Assembly (NCBI RefSeq): GCF_964204645.1
Contig: NC_134033.1
Location: 15,012,655-15,076,654 of the forward strand
Length of the DNA: 64,000 nucleotides
Reading direction: 5' to 3'
Source: Tubulanus polymorphus
Lineage: Eukaryota; Animalia; Nemertea
In this document: positions 36,131 to 49,100 of the stretch, in pieces
How the letters are laid out: every line of letters begins with the position of its first letter
Position numbering within the stretch: the stretch's first letter is position 1
Translations under genes and position numbers: made by a program
The notes under the pieces: model-generated
What the model saw: only the letters and a program-made list of their open reading frames with translations
Database searches by the model: none
Told to the model about the DNA's origin: nothing

Positions 36131-37185
36131 CGTTGAAATTCGACAGAGAAATCGGCCCTGAAAAACATAACGGGTTAGAAGCTGAAAAATAGAACCGATT
36201 AACGAACACGGAACAGTACAGGACAGCACAGAGACGAACAGTAACACATAAAACATAAAGACGTCGTTCCTCAGGAAGCAGGAACAGGAGCGCAGCGAAG
36301 ATCGCCAGGATCATGATCGCCAGGAGAATCCACGGAAGCATGTCTGCACAGTGTGAGAGAGCGGAAGTGAATGATTTTCTATATATGCTTACACACTGTG
36401 GTAAGCCGGTGACGTATTCCAATTGTGATCAATAGCGCGTGTTAATGATATCAACAAACTCTGAAAAACCGCAATTGTGTCTCTTTATTGTTGAATGGAG
36501 TTATCGAAGGTTCAACTGCCGTGTTGAATACGCGCCAGTTGCCAGCTGAACAATCGAATCGTGGAACTTTAATAAGGCCATAAAAATAAATTACTCGATT
36601 CCCAACAGCTCCTCCTCCTAATTTAGCCGCCGCCGGTTTTTTTTCTTAAATTTTAGAATAATTTATTGAAATCGAAGAATAAAAACATTAACATTTATTG
36701 ATGGAAACCTCTAGCTTTATTTCTCATAAATGCATAGATACCCCAAAGTGGTGACATAAATAATTCCAACTTCAAGGCTAAACAAAAAGGATACTTTGTT
36801 TCTTCGCAGCGGCCGGGTCATTTTTGTTAGATATAATAAAATTTGTAATCAGTTCCTGCCGGGTCTTTTCAGATATTTCAGGTTCTTTGCTAAAGTTTGA
36901 ATGCGTTTTTTTTTCGGAGAAATTGAATTTTTTTGTTTCTCGCGGGGTCAAGGACGACCGGAAGCCCGCTGATTTTTGAAGTATCTCAACTCAAAATCCC
37001 ACCTCAAATTTCAGGTTTTTGCTACTTTTTAACGGTGATAATCGACGATTCGAGCGATAACTAGAATATTCAGAATGTCTGTCAGTGAATGTTGTTGAAA
37101 CTGTTCTTATGCGGTGAGGATTTAATGTGAAAAACGACATCAGATTTCGCCAAAATTAGCAATAAACTGAATTGAATTTGTTGAT

Positions 37186-40100
37186 ATGTCAACTCCACGC
37201 ACGATGATGTTAGAAACTGTAGAGGGTGAGTGCTTCATTTATTTATCTAATATGTTTTTAATTTCTTAAAGATAAGTTCCCATTAGATCATGTTTTGGAA
37301 GATCAGTTTAAGTTGTTGGCCTTTTTTCTTCACTCCTCAGAGGAGTCAGGCTCCGTTCCTTCGAATCGACTGACTGATGATGCGGCGATCAATAGCGACC
37401 TCAATTTTTCTTTTGTTTCCGTCTCTTCTTAAATCCAGATCAATCTCATTCGGTAAAAGTGCAGATCCGCACCTCTCCGCGTAAACGGTTCATTCAATTA
37501 CATTAGATATCAATGTTTCAGATTCAAAATTCAGCAATTCAGTACATTGCCATTGGTTAATTTTAAGATATCTTCACTGGAAAGAGTAGATAGATTTTAG
37601 CCTGGATTCTGTCATTCAGCAGATCGCGTCAATCGCGAGAGGTGCGGATCTGCACTTTTACCTCTCATTCCAATCTCATCGTATTTTTGTGTTGTTTGTT
37701 TTACAGAAAATGAATGCGATGAAGACGAAAGTCCGGATATAAAACTAGTGATCGTAGGAACACGGTGTCCGGCAATGAGAAACCTGAAGGACGCTTTACA
37801 GGTGTGTAGTATCAGGAGATTATAATTCCTGCATTTGAATACTGAAGATTTTAACCTCGAGTAATTGAATGTATGAATTAAATCTATAGGTCCATAGTTT
37901 TCGATTTCAAGCCTGAACGTGGACAATCAAAAATTGAATGAATTTTGATAAGTGTGGGATGGCCCCTGACGTAAGGGATATAGGCTGCAGATTGACAGCT
38001 GTCCAGTCAGTTGAATCAATGATATCCGCCTTGAGTTGGGGTAGCATGAAAAGGGTTAATAAGAAAACTACTCTATTTTAATGAATTGAACCGGGCTTTG
38101 AGGGATGCAGATTGATAGCTGTACATTATCCTGATATCTCAGTGAATCACTGATATTTTTATCATATATTTTTACATAATTTTGAGAGCATCCTTATTTG
38201 AAAATCCCTAGTTGCTGATAATTGCAAAATGAGCCAGTTACCTCCCTTTCATCCGTGATGATGATGATATCAAAAATACTCTGATGTCCGCTTGGAGTTG
38301 GAAATAGCATGAAAATGATCAGCAATTACAATTACCTGATTTTATGTATTTTCAGCAATTACAATTACCGACGGTATTTTCTCCGACCGGAGTTGAACAC
38401 ATTTCCGCCGCTGCTTCCTCCGCCTCGAACGATGACGAATCGTTTTTGTTTTTCGTCTACGATCGTTTCGACGACGAGATCTTCGCGAAGTTACACAAAT
38501 CCGATTGTCGTATCGTCGGTCCGCCCGTCGTTATTAAATGTGCTATTGAAAAACTCGTAAGTATTGAGCAAAAAACGCTGTGAATGAACTTTTTATCGGC
38601 AAGGATCAAAATAAAATTGATTTTTATGCGTTTTTTGCTGCCAGATTGAATTTCTATTCTGGGTAATTTGAAATTTTTTTTTTCGCAGCCATTTCCGTTC
38701 AGTCCACGGCCGCTGTATTGTATTTTGATGCAGCACGTCGTCGTTTGTTTTACCGGGTATAAAGTGAAAGAGGAACTGCGCCACCTGGTGGATTTGGTAC
38801 ATCACATGGGCGGTACGATACGCCGAGAGATGAGCGCGCGTGTCACTCATCTCGTCGCTAACCACGCCGGCGGTGAGAGTTACCGGGTGAGTCATTCATT
38901 TCGCTTCCGACAAATTATATGTGAATTAAAAAAAACTTCTTACCTAAATCCACTGTTCACTAGCCACTCAGGGCATTCATTATTGGCAGATTCATGGTTT
39001 CTTTTCGTAAATTATGCTTATCCGATTTGGTTTATATGCAGGCCGCAGTTGGATTGGGAACAAAAATAATGACCGATAATTGGATCAAGCGTTCGTGGTC
39101 TCAAAGAGATGATATCACGATTACAGCTCAGGATAAACAATTTGTAAGTAAACCCCAGCTCTTTCTCTACCCTCCCTCCCAAATAGTTCCTGACTATCCC
39201 ATACTCTTCCCCCTCCCTCAACTGAGGTGTTGACTAACACACCAGCAGTTAATAATTGGGCCATCCATCAAACTTTAGCTATTTTCAAAGATTGCAAAAT
39301 CTGTTGATAGAAAATTGATTTTTGTTTGTTGTTTATTTAAGGATCAGTTTCACATGAGTCCATTCTTCAATTGTACGTTGAGTTTTCTGGGATTCGCTCA
39401 AGATGAACAGCGACACATGGAGGATTTAACCATCGAAAACGGTAAGAATTGAGCAGGATGATGATTGAAACACCTGTTGTTTTTCTGATTCCAGTCCCTG
39501 ATTGAAATACCTATGGTTCTTCTAAACCCAGTCCCTGATTGAAATACCTGTGGTTCTTCTAAACCCAGTCCCTGATTGAAATACCTGTGGTTCTTTTGAA
39601 TCCAGTCCCTGATTGAAATACCTGTGGTACTTTTGAACCCAGTCCCTGATTGAAATACATGTGGTTCTTTTGAACTCAGTACTTGATTGAAATACCTCTG
39701 GTTCTTCTGAACCCAGTCCCCGATTGAAATACCTCTGTGCAACTGTGATTGTCAAGCCAGTCCCTTTGGGGAAATGTGGTTCTTCTGAACCAAACCCTTT
39801 GTGGAACTGTGGTTCTTTTGAACATTGATTGATGGTGATTATTTGTGTATTTTCTAGGAGGTTCGTTTGTGCCGTTAGGGAACCCGGCAGCTACACACAT
39901 TATAGTCGACGAAACTAACGTCAATCAACTTCCAGATGATTTAGAAACGAATGAGAAAGTTTGGATCATTAAAGGAGAGGTAAACAATTTATCCTCCGCG
40001 GTCTATTCATATTCATTTGTCTAATGCCGTAAAAATTAAAATTCTACTAAGTAATAGTCGTATCGTAAGTAGTGTTTGCGGATTCATATCAGCCGCAATG

Positions 40101-43100
40101 AAACCTCGAATTCTTAATTCTTTATTCTTAATCCAATGTCATATGTTTGTTGTACTTGTAAATGTCAATGTGTCTTGTAAGCCTTATTATAGGCTGGCTT
40201 GTTTATTGAGATGACACGTTAATAAAGATATATATTTATAAGTGATCAAGAAATGTTGAAATTTAGATAATTATTTGGTTGTGTTTGATATTATTTTTTC
40301 AGTGGTTTTGGGGAAGCATTCAAATGAACGCGTGCGCCAGGGAACCGATGTATCGGTTTATTTCCGTAAGTCAAATCCAATCGAAGTTCGTCTATTTTCA
40401 ATTCATGTATTTCAATGATTTTGAAATGTATATCTTAAATAGATTTTCTTGTGAACACGGTACCTACAGTACCTGGAAATCAGTCAAAACTTGGGAATAT
40501 TTGGGAAACTGGGATGTCAATCACTTGCCTAAGAGCATCTCTTCCCTCGGCAATTTCAATTACCGTCAGCATGAAGACGTGCTGAAAGGGTTAAAGTTCA
40601 ATTTGATTTCAATGCGTCTGCTCTTGTGGTATTACAGCAGAGTCATCAGGAATTAACCCCCAGTAGACTGCGACAGTTAGATCGCTGCACGAGTGGATCG
40701 AAAATGAAAAAACGCAAACGTCTGCAGCAGAATTTAGCGGTTCTAGCTCTCGAAGGCGAAGTCGATTCACCGTACAGTAATAAACGACAATCTACGGAAT
40801 TATCGCAACTTTCACTCAGCGCTTCGTTACTCGATGAATCTGAGGATTTAGGTATGTTTTTCAATAGAGACTTCTACAAACTCAGGATCCGGATGTGAAT
40901 TAAGATTTGACTCAAAGTTAACTCATTGAAAACGAACTAATCTTACCGTAACTCGAAGAGTTAAATCTAACTCACAACTGTGTAACTGGATCCTGAGTTC
41001 AGAGTTAACTCGAACTCGCACTAATGTGGAGCTGGATCCTGAGTTCAGAGTTAACCCTAACTCACACGACTGTGTAACTGGATCCTGAGTTCAGAGTTGA
41101 ATCAAACTCACACAACTGTGTAACTCGATCCTAAGTTCAGAATTAACTCAAACTCATAACTGTAGAACTGGATTCTGAGTTTCCTGTCGAACTGGATTTT
41201 GGTTGCAGTTTGCTGTAATTTGAATTTGTTTGTCTTTTAGATAAAGATGATAAATCATCAGACGTGTGTAAAACCGATCAGCAGCAGCAGCAGACGGCTG
41301 TTTTAACGTCTGCTCGTTTACAGGTCGTACGTGAATTATTACAAACCGAACGAAACTACGTCGCAATTCTACAAACTATTCTAGAGGTTCGTGTTTCTCC
41401 CTCCCCCTCCCTCTCTCCCCCTCCCTCTCTCCCCCTCCCTCTCTCCCCTCCCTCTCTCCCCTCCCCCTCTCCCCTCCCCCTCTCTTCCTCTCTCTCTTTC
41501 TCCCTTTCTCCCTTTCTCCCTTTCTCCTCGGTCTGTGATTAAACCCAATCATTAGTTTGACATAAAAATTTAAACCAAATTTTTTTGTGTAATTGCTATT
41601 GGTTACTTAATGTTTTCGATGAGGACAACAATTCAAACTTAACCATTTCAAGCTTAAACTTGTTTGTGAAACTGGACCCTCGACTTCCACGAGATTCAGA
41701 ATATCCTTCACTCATCTGCAGCATATTCACTCTCAGAATTTCTAAATTTGGCTCGGGAGTGGCGACCCTATCTTCTTCACAACCCTCCATTCGCATGCAG
41801 CAGATTCAGGGAATTTTGCCATTCACCTGCTGCAGATTCAGGGAATTTTGCCATTCACCTGCAGCAGATTCAGGGAATTTTGCCATTCACCTGCAGCAGA
41901 TTCAGGGAATTTTGCCATTCACCTGCAGCAGATTCATAGGGAATGTAGAATTACTATATTTGGGTCGGGAGTAGTCACCCTATCTTCTTCAATACTCTGT
42001 TAGAATTCACAATATCTGATCATTTATAGGAATAATCAGTGAATGGATATTATTTTCGATGTTGTAGTTATTCCGAGACGGTATAACCGACCCGACGCAG
42101 CCGTTAGGTCCCGTTTTACCGATGAAAGATGTCGAGCTGATTTTCGGAGATTTGCCGTCGATTATGAAACTGCACGTCGAATTGAGGGATGAACTTTCCG
42201 AACTGATCAATAACTGGTCCGAAGAATACAGCATCGGGAAACTATTCCTTAAACATGTAAGAAGAAAAAATCTTTATCACCAAAATCTTCATCTCTCGGC
42301 AGGGATTTGAACCTGATGACATAATGTAAGAAATCCTGTCTGATTAGCCTGAGAGTTTAGGTATGCGTGCACTCTGGCTAAACAGACAGGGGTTTGTACT
42401 GTGATAGTCTCATGATGTCCAGATTTGAACCCTGCTGAGGGGGGTGTGTCTACTAGGACAGGGATTTGTACTGTGGCAGAGTCTCATGATGTCATCAGGT
42501 TTGAATCCCTGCTGAGGGAGGATGTGTCTACCAGGGCAGGGGTTTGTACTTTGATGGAGTCTCATGATGTCATCAGGTTTGAATCCCTGTTGAGGGAGGG
42601 TGTGTCTACTAGGACAGGGGTTTGTACTGTGGCAGAGTCTCATGATGTCATCAGGTTTGAATACCTGCTGAGGGAGGATGTGCCTACTATGACAGGGTTT
42701 GTACTGTGACAGAGTCTCATGATGTCAACAGGTTCAAATCCCTGCTGAGGGAGGATGTGTCTACCTGGGCAGGGGTTTGTACTGTGACAGAGTCTCATGA
42801 TGTCATCAGTTTTGAATCTCTGTTGAGGGAGGATGTTATTTTAAGTATCGTTGTATGTTGTTTTTTAGGCTCCTGCGATGACTGTCGCGTATCCTCCGTT
42901 CGTTAACTTTTTCTCGCAAACGAAAGAAACGATTGCGAAATGTGATAAATCGAATCCAAGGTTTCATGCATTTTTAAAGGTAGGTTAAAACTATTTCTTT
43001 TAACGCTCAAACTCTGTGTCTAATATTTCACGCGTATTCGTAACGATGTAATGATTTGTTGCTATAGCGATGTCAAACCCGTCCGGAATGCGGCCGTCAG

Positions 43101-46100
43101 ACGTTGCCTGAATTATTGATTCGTCCCGTGCAACGTTTACCGAGCGTCATGCTACTCCTTAACGGTACGTAGCCTGATTGATTTGAGGGTTGGTGTTTCT
43201 CGGCATTAACAAGGGGCAACTTTCTTCGGAATAGAGGAATTATTGAATTCGTATAATTATGAGAATCATGAATACAGTAATTAACCCTTTCAGTGCGTCT
43301 ACACCGCAGTGCAGTGTATGAATCGGTGCTGAATTTTGCTAGTACACCGCATTGCAGTGTATTGGTCTAATTAGTAATTAGTTTTTATCTCTATTGAAAG
43401 ATAGCAGCACCTGTCAAACATAGTGAAATACTAGTAACTAACGATACACCGCGCCGCGGTGTAGACGCACTATAGCGGTATTCCCGTTATTCAACACACT
43501 AGGGTGGAATTTTTCAAATTATCTCCAGCACTATAGGGTATTGATTAGTCAGCATTGAAAGGGTTAAGTGTTGTATTTCTGATTATTTGTAGATATAAAG
43601 AAACACACCGCGAGTTCAAACGACGACTACACGCAGTTAGAGAAAGCGGTCGCAGCTTTGAAAGAAGTGATGACGTACGTTAAACCTACTATTAATCGAA
43701 ATTTCCTACGTGACAGTTATAACTATATCATTGATATCTCCTGTATACACTCCTCTACACTAGATTTGGTATCTCAATAATGTTTTTTTTTTTCAGGCAT
43801 ATAAATGAAGATAAGCGTAAAACAGAACGACAAGTGGCGATGTTTGATGTGATGAATGACGTGGAGAATTGTCCAGTAAATATAACTATTATTTCTCTCT
43901 CGATCTCCTCCTCTTTCCCGTCCCCTCCCTCTCCTTCCTTCTCCTTCCCTCTCTTGATCTCCCTCTCCTTCCCTCTCACAATCTGCCTCCCTCTCCCACT
44001 CTCTCCCCCTCTCCTTCCTCTCCCTCTCCTTCCTTCTCCTTCCCTCTTTTGATCTCCGTCTCCTTCCCTCTCAGGCTCTCCCTCTCTCCATCTCTCCTTC
44101 CCTCTCACAATCTGCCTCCCTCTCCCACTCTCTCCCCCTCTCCTTCCTCTCCTTCTCCTTCCCTCAATCTCCCTCTCCTTCCATCTCACGCTCTCCCTCT
44201 CTCCATCTCCCTCTCCTTCCCTCTCACAATCTCCCTCCCTCTCCCACTCTCCCTCCCTCCCCTTCCCTCTCCTTCCCTCTCTCCATCTCCCACCCTCTCC
44301 ACTTTCCATCAGCCTCCCTTTCTTTTCTCCCTCCCTCTCCTTCCCTCTTTTCAAATCTTCCATCACATTTCAAATAAATGAATCATGGTTTGGTTTTGTT
44401 TTTTAGCCGCACCTCTTATCGGCTCATCGTCGATTAATAACCAAAGTCAACGTAATCGAATTATCCGAAGAACTATCGGGTAAAGGCAGCCATCTTACGT
44501 TATTTCTGTTTAACGACTATCTCGAGGTATGTATCGATCTGGCGATTATAACGTTGAAAGTTGTCTCTAAGACTCGCGTCTAGTTTCGCGAAATTATTTC
44601 CGCAGATTTGTAAACGAAAACTGAAAGCGTCGACGACGTATAAAAGTCCCGGAGTGATTAAACCGTACCGCCACCTGGAGTTGGTTTCGTTACCGATGAT
44701 TAAACGAGTCGTTGACATTCAGGACTCCGATTCAGACGGAACCCGTGAGTTGAGCCGAGATGATCGCACATTTTAATCTATTCTAATCTATTTTCTCTAG
44801 TCTTACGTAAAGTGCAGAGATTTCTGTGTAGATATTGCGCTATGTCAAAAAAAAGAAAATATTGTTATTGTTATTATCATAATTACAGGATGGTTACTTA
44901 ATCAGTACTGGTAATCAGGGAAGTCTTGGAATTTCCCTTTCTTTAAAAAGAGTCAGGGAATTGTCGGGGAATTTTGTTAAAAAGCTAAAAATCAGGGAAA
45001 TTTGTTTAGATTGTTAGATTGCTATATCATGCGTATCATCAAACAGTTTCCATCTATGTTTTACGTATTTGACTGTGTTAATTGATTGGATTGTTAGCAG
45101 ATCTAGTCAGGGAAAACATCGTACATTTCAGGGAATAGTTAGGGGGGAAGCAAATCAAATTAAAGTGGCCACCCTGTACTAGAAACTATTCGTCTGTCAG
45201 TTATCCACTGGATAACTTTATGATTTTTTTCACCGTCTTCAAATCTAAATTATCCGTCGCAATTGTTGTTGTAGTTGTGAAAACGATATTCGGAATTATT
45301 TGTCGCAACACGATCGACCAAAAAGAGCATCTCTATAGTTACATAGTAACAGACGATACGGATAAATCATCGTTTTTATTGGCGCTGTGCCAACAGATCG
45401 CCAACTCCACCTGCAGAACTGATCACGTAAGCGTTCAACTGACACATCTTTGCTAGTTACATTGGATCGAATGAAATCAAAGGGCCAGTTTTATAGACTG
45501 GTATTACCTTTAGCCCGGGGCTTACTCAATTGAAAATGAATTAAGTCATCTCCGGGTTAAAGGTAAAACCAGTCTATAAAACTGGCCCAAAGAGTTTTGC
45601 ATCTTGTCTTGTATCTTCAGCGTAGATTTTCTATGTGACCAAAATGCACGGATTTTGTGTAAAATGTATGAAAATTTTTTCGTTCGTTGTCGTTTTCAGG
45701 AGAATTTGTTGATAAGCGCTGAGAAAGCAGCGTTCAATATCGATACTAGCGACATCAACTTATCAAGTTTCTCAAATAAAATGCAACGGTAAGTAATCAG
45801 AATAGCCACATTCTTATGAATTCCTCTTTCAGATGCAGCCACATTCCTACGAATTCCCCTTTCAGATGTAGCCACATTCCTATGAATTCCACTTTCAGGT
45901 GAAGCCACATTCTTATGAATTCCCCATTCAGGTGAAGCCACATTCCTATGAATTCCACTTTCAGATGCAGCCACGTTCCTGTGAATTCCACTTTCTGGTG
46001 TAGCCACATTCCTGTGAATTCCTCTTTCAGATGAAGCCACATCCTTATAAATTCCCCTTTCAGATTTTCCGAGCGTAAGACGTAGCCACCGTTTCTTTCA

Positions 46101-49100
46101 ATCCTATGAATTTCTCTTTTCTTCAGATTCGCGTCTAAAACTCGTAAGCGCGTCAGTCGAGCGTTCTCGTTCACTCAAACTCCGCGTAAACTGAAACGAG
46201 CGACGTCGAACCTGACGGAAAATTCGTCGTCGTCGAGTCCGACTACGTCGTATAGTGAGAACTATACGAGAACGCCGACGAGCTCGACGTTACACGTGGC
46301 AGGAGGTCGACTAGCAGCCAGTACTCTTAGTTTAGAAGTGAGTATTGATATGTTAATCATGAAGGGGGGGGGTTTATAATGAACCAGTTCATTCCTCAAT
46401 GGGGTAACGGCACTCACCAGATGGCGTTATATTACGCTCAATTATACGTACTGAAAATGAGTTCATTTTCAATGAACTTTGAACCGGAGTTTAAGGCTCC
46501 AAAATGGAAATGTTGTCGAAAAAGTCATCGCAGATATGAGATTGACGTTCCCAATGAGTGTACCGTATAATTTCACTAGAAATTGATTTACTTATGAGAA
46601 AAGTTAATCGAAATGCAGAAGAAATTGAAGCGCGGAACCAGAAAATCTGTTCGTTATAACCGATAGTTTGTTATATCCAGTATGAAATTGTCTTACTTGG
46701 GATGAAATTCTATATTTGTTATATATGATGAATCGTTGTATGGGTTGACTTGTTTATTTGAAGTAAAGATCTCTACTCGTTCACCCGATGAAGCTATCCG
46801 ATCGATCGTCGTATCCGAGCTCGTTATAACAAAGTTGTGCTGTACTATTTGTATTTGTAATGATCTCAGGTAATGGATACGAATCAATCGAGTCCTGTCT
46901 TCCCATCTCCGATGCCTCCTGTCTCTACGTTCAATACACCTATATCGGTAAGTTACCTCGAACAGAACCTTCTCTTACTACTAACGACTTGCTTCCCCGT
47001 CTAAAATATCTGGTTTGTTCGCCCGTATTAGGATGGTAATGTTATGCGTAGAAGTCGATCGACGTCGATGATTGGTTCGGTTAGGAATCAATCGGCCACT
47101 TCACGCTGGCTGCAGAAGGTAGAGACGGCATGCATCATATATAAGCATGTTTGCATCTAAGACCTACATAATCGGAACTGTTTCCGTTTTAGAGGAAAAT
47201 TGTCCTTTTTCTGAGAAATCGTAGCTTATCACTTATGTTGCAGATGAATGTTCCTAGTTATTTCAAAGAAATGGTTCTTAATGCGTTCGGCGGAAATGTC
47301 CTTTATCGGGAGTTAAATACTCCAATTCATAGAAATTGCTAGGATTTCAGATGAAACTACACTAAAACTGTACTTGGACTTTGATCAGAATATTGCGATC
47401 AGAGTTTATTCATTTCTGCATGACTCTCCGTAATGTTTGCCGATTTGCATGGAAAACCAGATGTTTTTAACTATTTACTAATCATATCTCGTATTCTTTC
47501 AAATTCCCTATTTTAACAATTGACTACATCCAAATTTTTTTTAATGTTTCTCATGATTTATTGTTTTGTTTATCTGTTTTATTAAAACACGGATCCAGTT
47601 GCACAGTTTTCAGTTAATCTCTGACTTTCATGAACTTGAAAATGAACTATTTGAACTCAGAGTTAAATCTTCAGTGGAACTGGGTCTAACTTCCTCAAAT
47701 GTTCGGCTAACGTTGACTAATACATTCTTTGTTTCGCTTTTGCGTTTTTCGATTGTGTTTTAGATTCGAAAGCGCTCGATAAATCGGAAGAAGAGTATAA
47801 CCGGGTCGGATATAATGGGACTATTCGGCACACTACGACATCGCAGGTCGACGATCATCAATAAACATAGCCCTAATATCAAACCTGATAGCCCTATTCC
47901 TGAAGTCAATAGCGTAAGTTGTAACATAACTAAACCTGTACTCTGAAAACAGGCTTTGTTGGTACCAGGATGGTTTTGTTATTGCCTGCAACCTGAACCC
48001 TGTACCCCTTTGGCAAAATTTTATATTTTGTCAGCGCAGTAGACTCAGATAACCTTGACACCAGATTATTGTAAATCTTCTTACTCAAAATCATCGTATT
48101 TATGTTCAATTCTTGCTCTCATCTTATTAACGTTGAATTCTTGCTCCGACTGCCTTAGAATTCCCCCTAATTCGAAGGTTTATTAGTTGTGTGAGATCAA
48201 GGCAAGCGTGCAGACATGAAGTTCTTCATCCTGTAGGATGCCGTCCTTCATCTTTAGTTCTTCATCCTGTAGGATGCGGTCCTTCATCCTAAGTTCTTCA
48301 TCCTGTAGGATGCCGTCCTTCATCCTTAGTTCTTCATCCTGTAGGATGCAGTTCTTCATCCTTAGTTCTTCATCCTTAGTTCTTCATCCTGTGGGATGCA
48401 GTTCTTCATCCTGTAGGATGCGGTCTTTCATCCTTAGTTCTTCATCCTGTAGGATGCAGTTCTTCATCCTTAGTTCTTCATCCTGTAGGATGCGGTCCTT
48501 CATCCTTAGTTCTTCATCCTGTAGGATGCGGTCCTTCATCCTTAGTTCTTCATCCTGTAGGATGCAGTTCTTCATCCTGTAGGATGCGGTCTTTCATCCT
48601 TAGTTCTTCATCCTGTAGGATGCAGTTCTTCATCCTTAGTTCTTCATCCTGTAGGATGCCGTCCTTCATCTTTAGTTCTTCATCCTGTAGGATGCAGTTC
48701 TTCATCCTTAGTTCTTCATCCTGTAGGATGCAGTTCTTCATCCTTAGTTCTTCATCCTGTAGGATGCAGTTCTTCATCCTTAGTTCTTCATCCTGTAGGA
48801 TGCGGTCTTTCATCCTTAGTTCTTCATCCTGTAGGATGCGGTCCTTCATCCTTAGTTCTTCATCCTGTAGGATGCAGTTCTTCATCCTTAGTTCTTCATC
48901 CTGTAGGATGCCGTCCTTCATCCTTAGTTCTTCATCCTGTAGGATGCGGTCCTTCATCCTTAGTTCTTCATCCTGTAGGATGCAGTTCTTCATCCTGTAG
49001 GATCCGGTCTTTCATCCTTAGTTCTTCATCCTGTAGGATGCAGTTCTTCATCCTTAGTTCTTCATCCTGTAGGATGCCGTCCTTCATCTTTAGTTCTTCA

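Noticed and set aside
35955-36422. 155-aa ORF as a membrane protein gene
   Set aside because: The C-terminal part resembles an RTE LINE remnant and the middle looks intronic; kept only as part of the tentative lncRNA/orphan finding.
43755-44381. Glu/Arg/Gly-rich and Pro/Ser/Leu-rich ORFs
   Set aside because: Low-complexity CT tract in an ECT2 intron.
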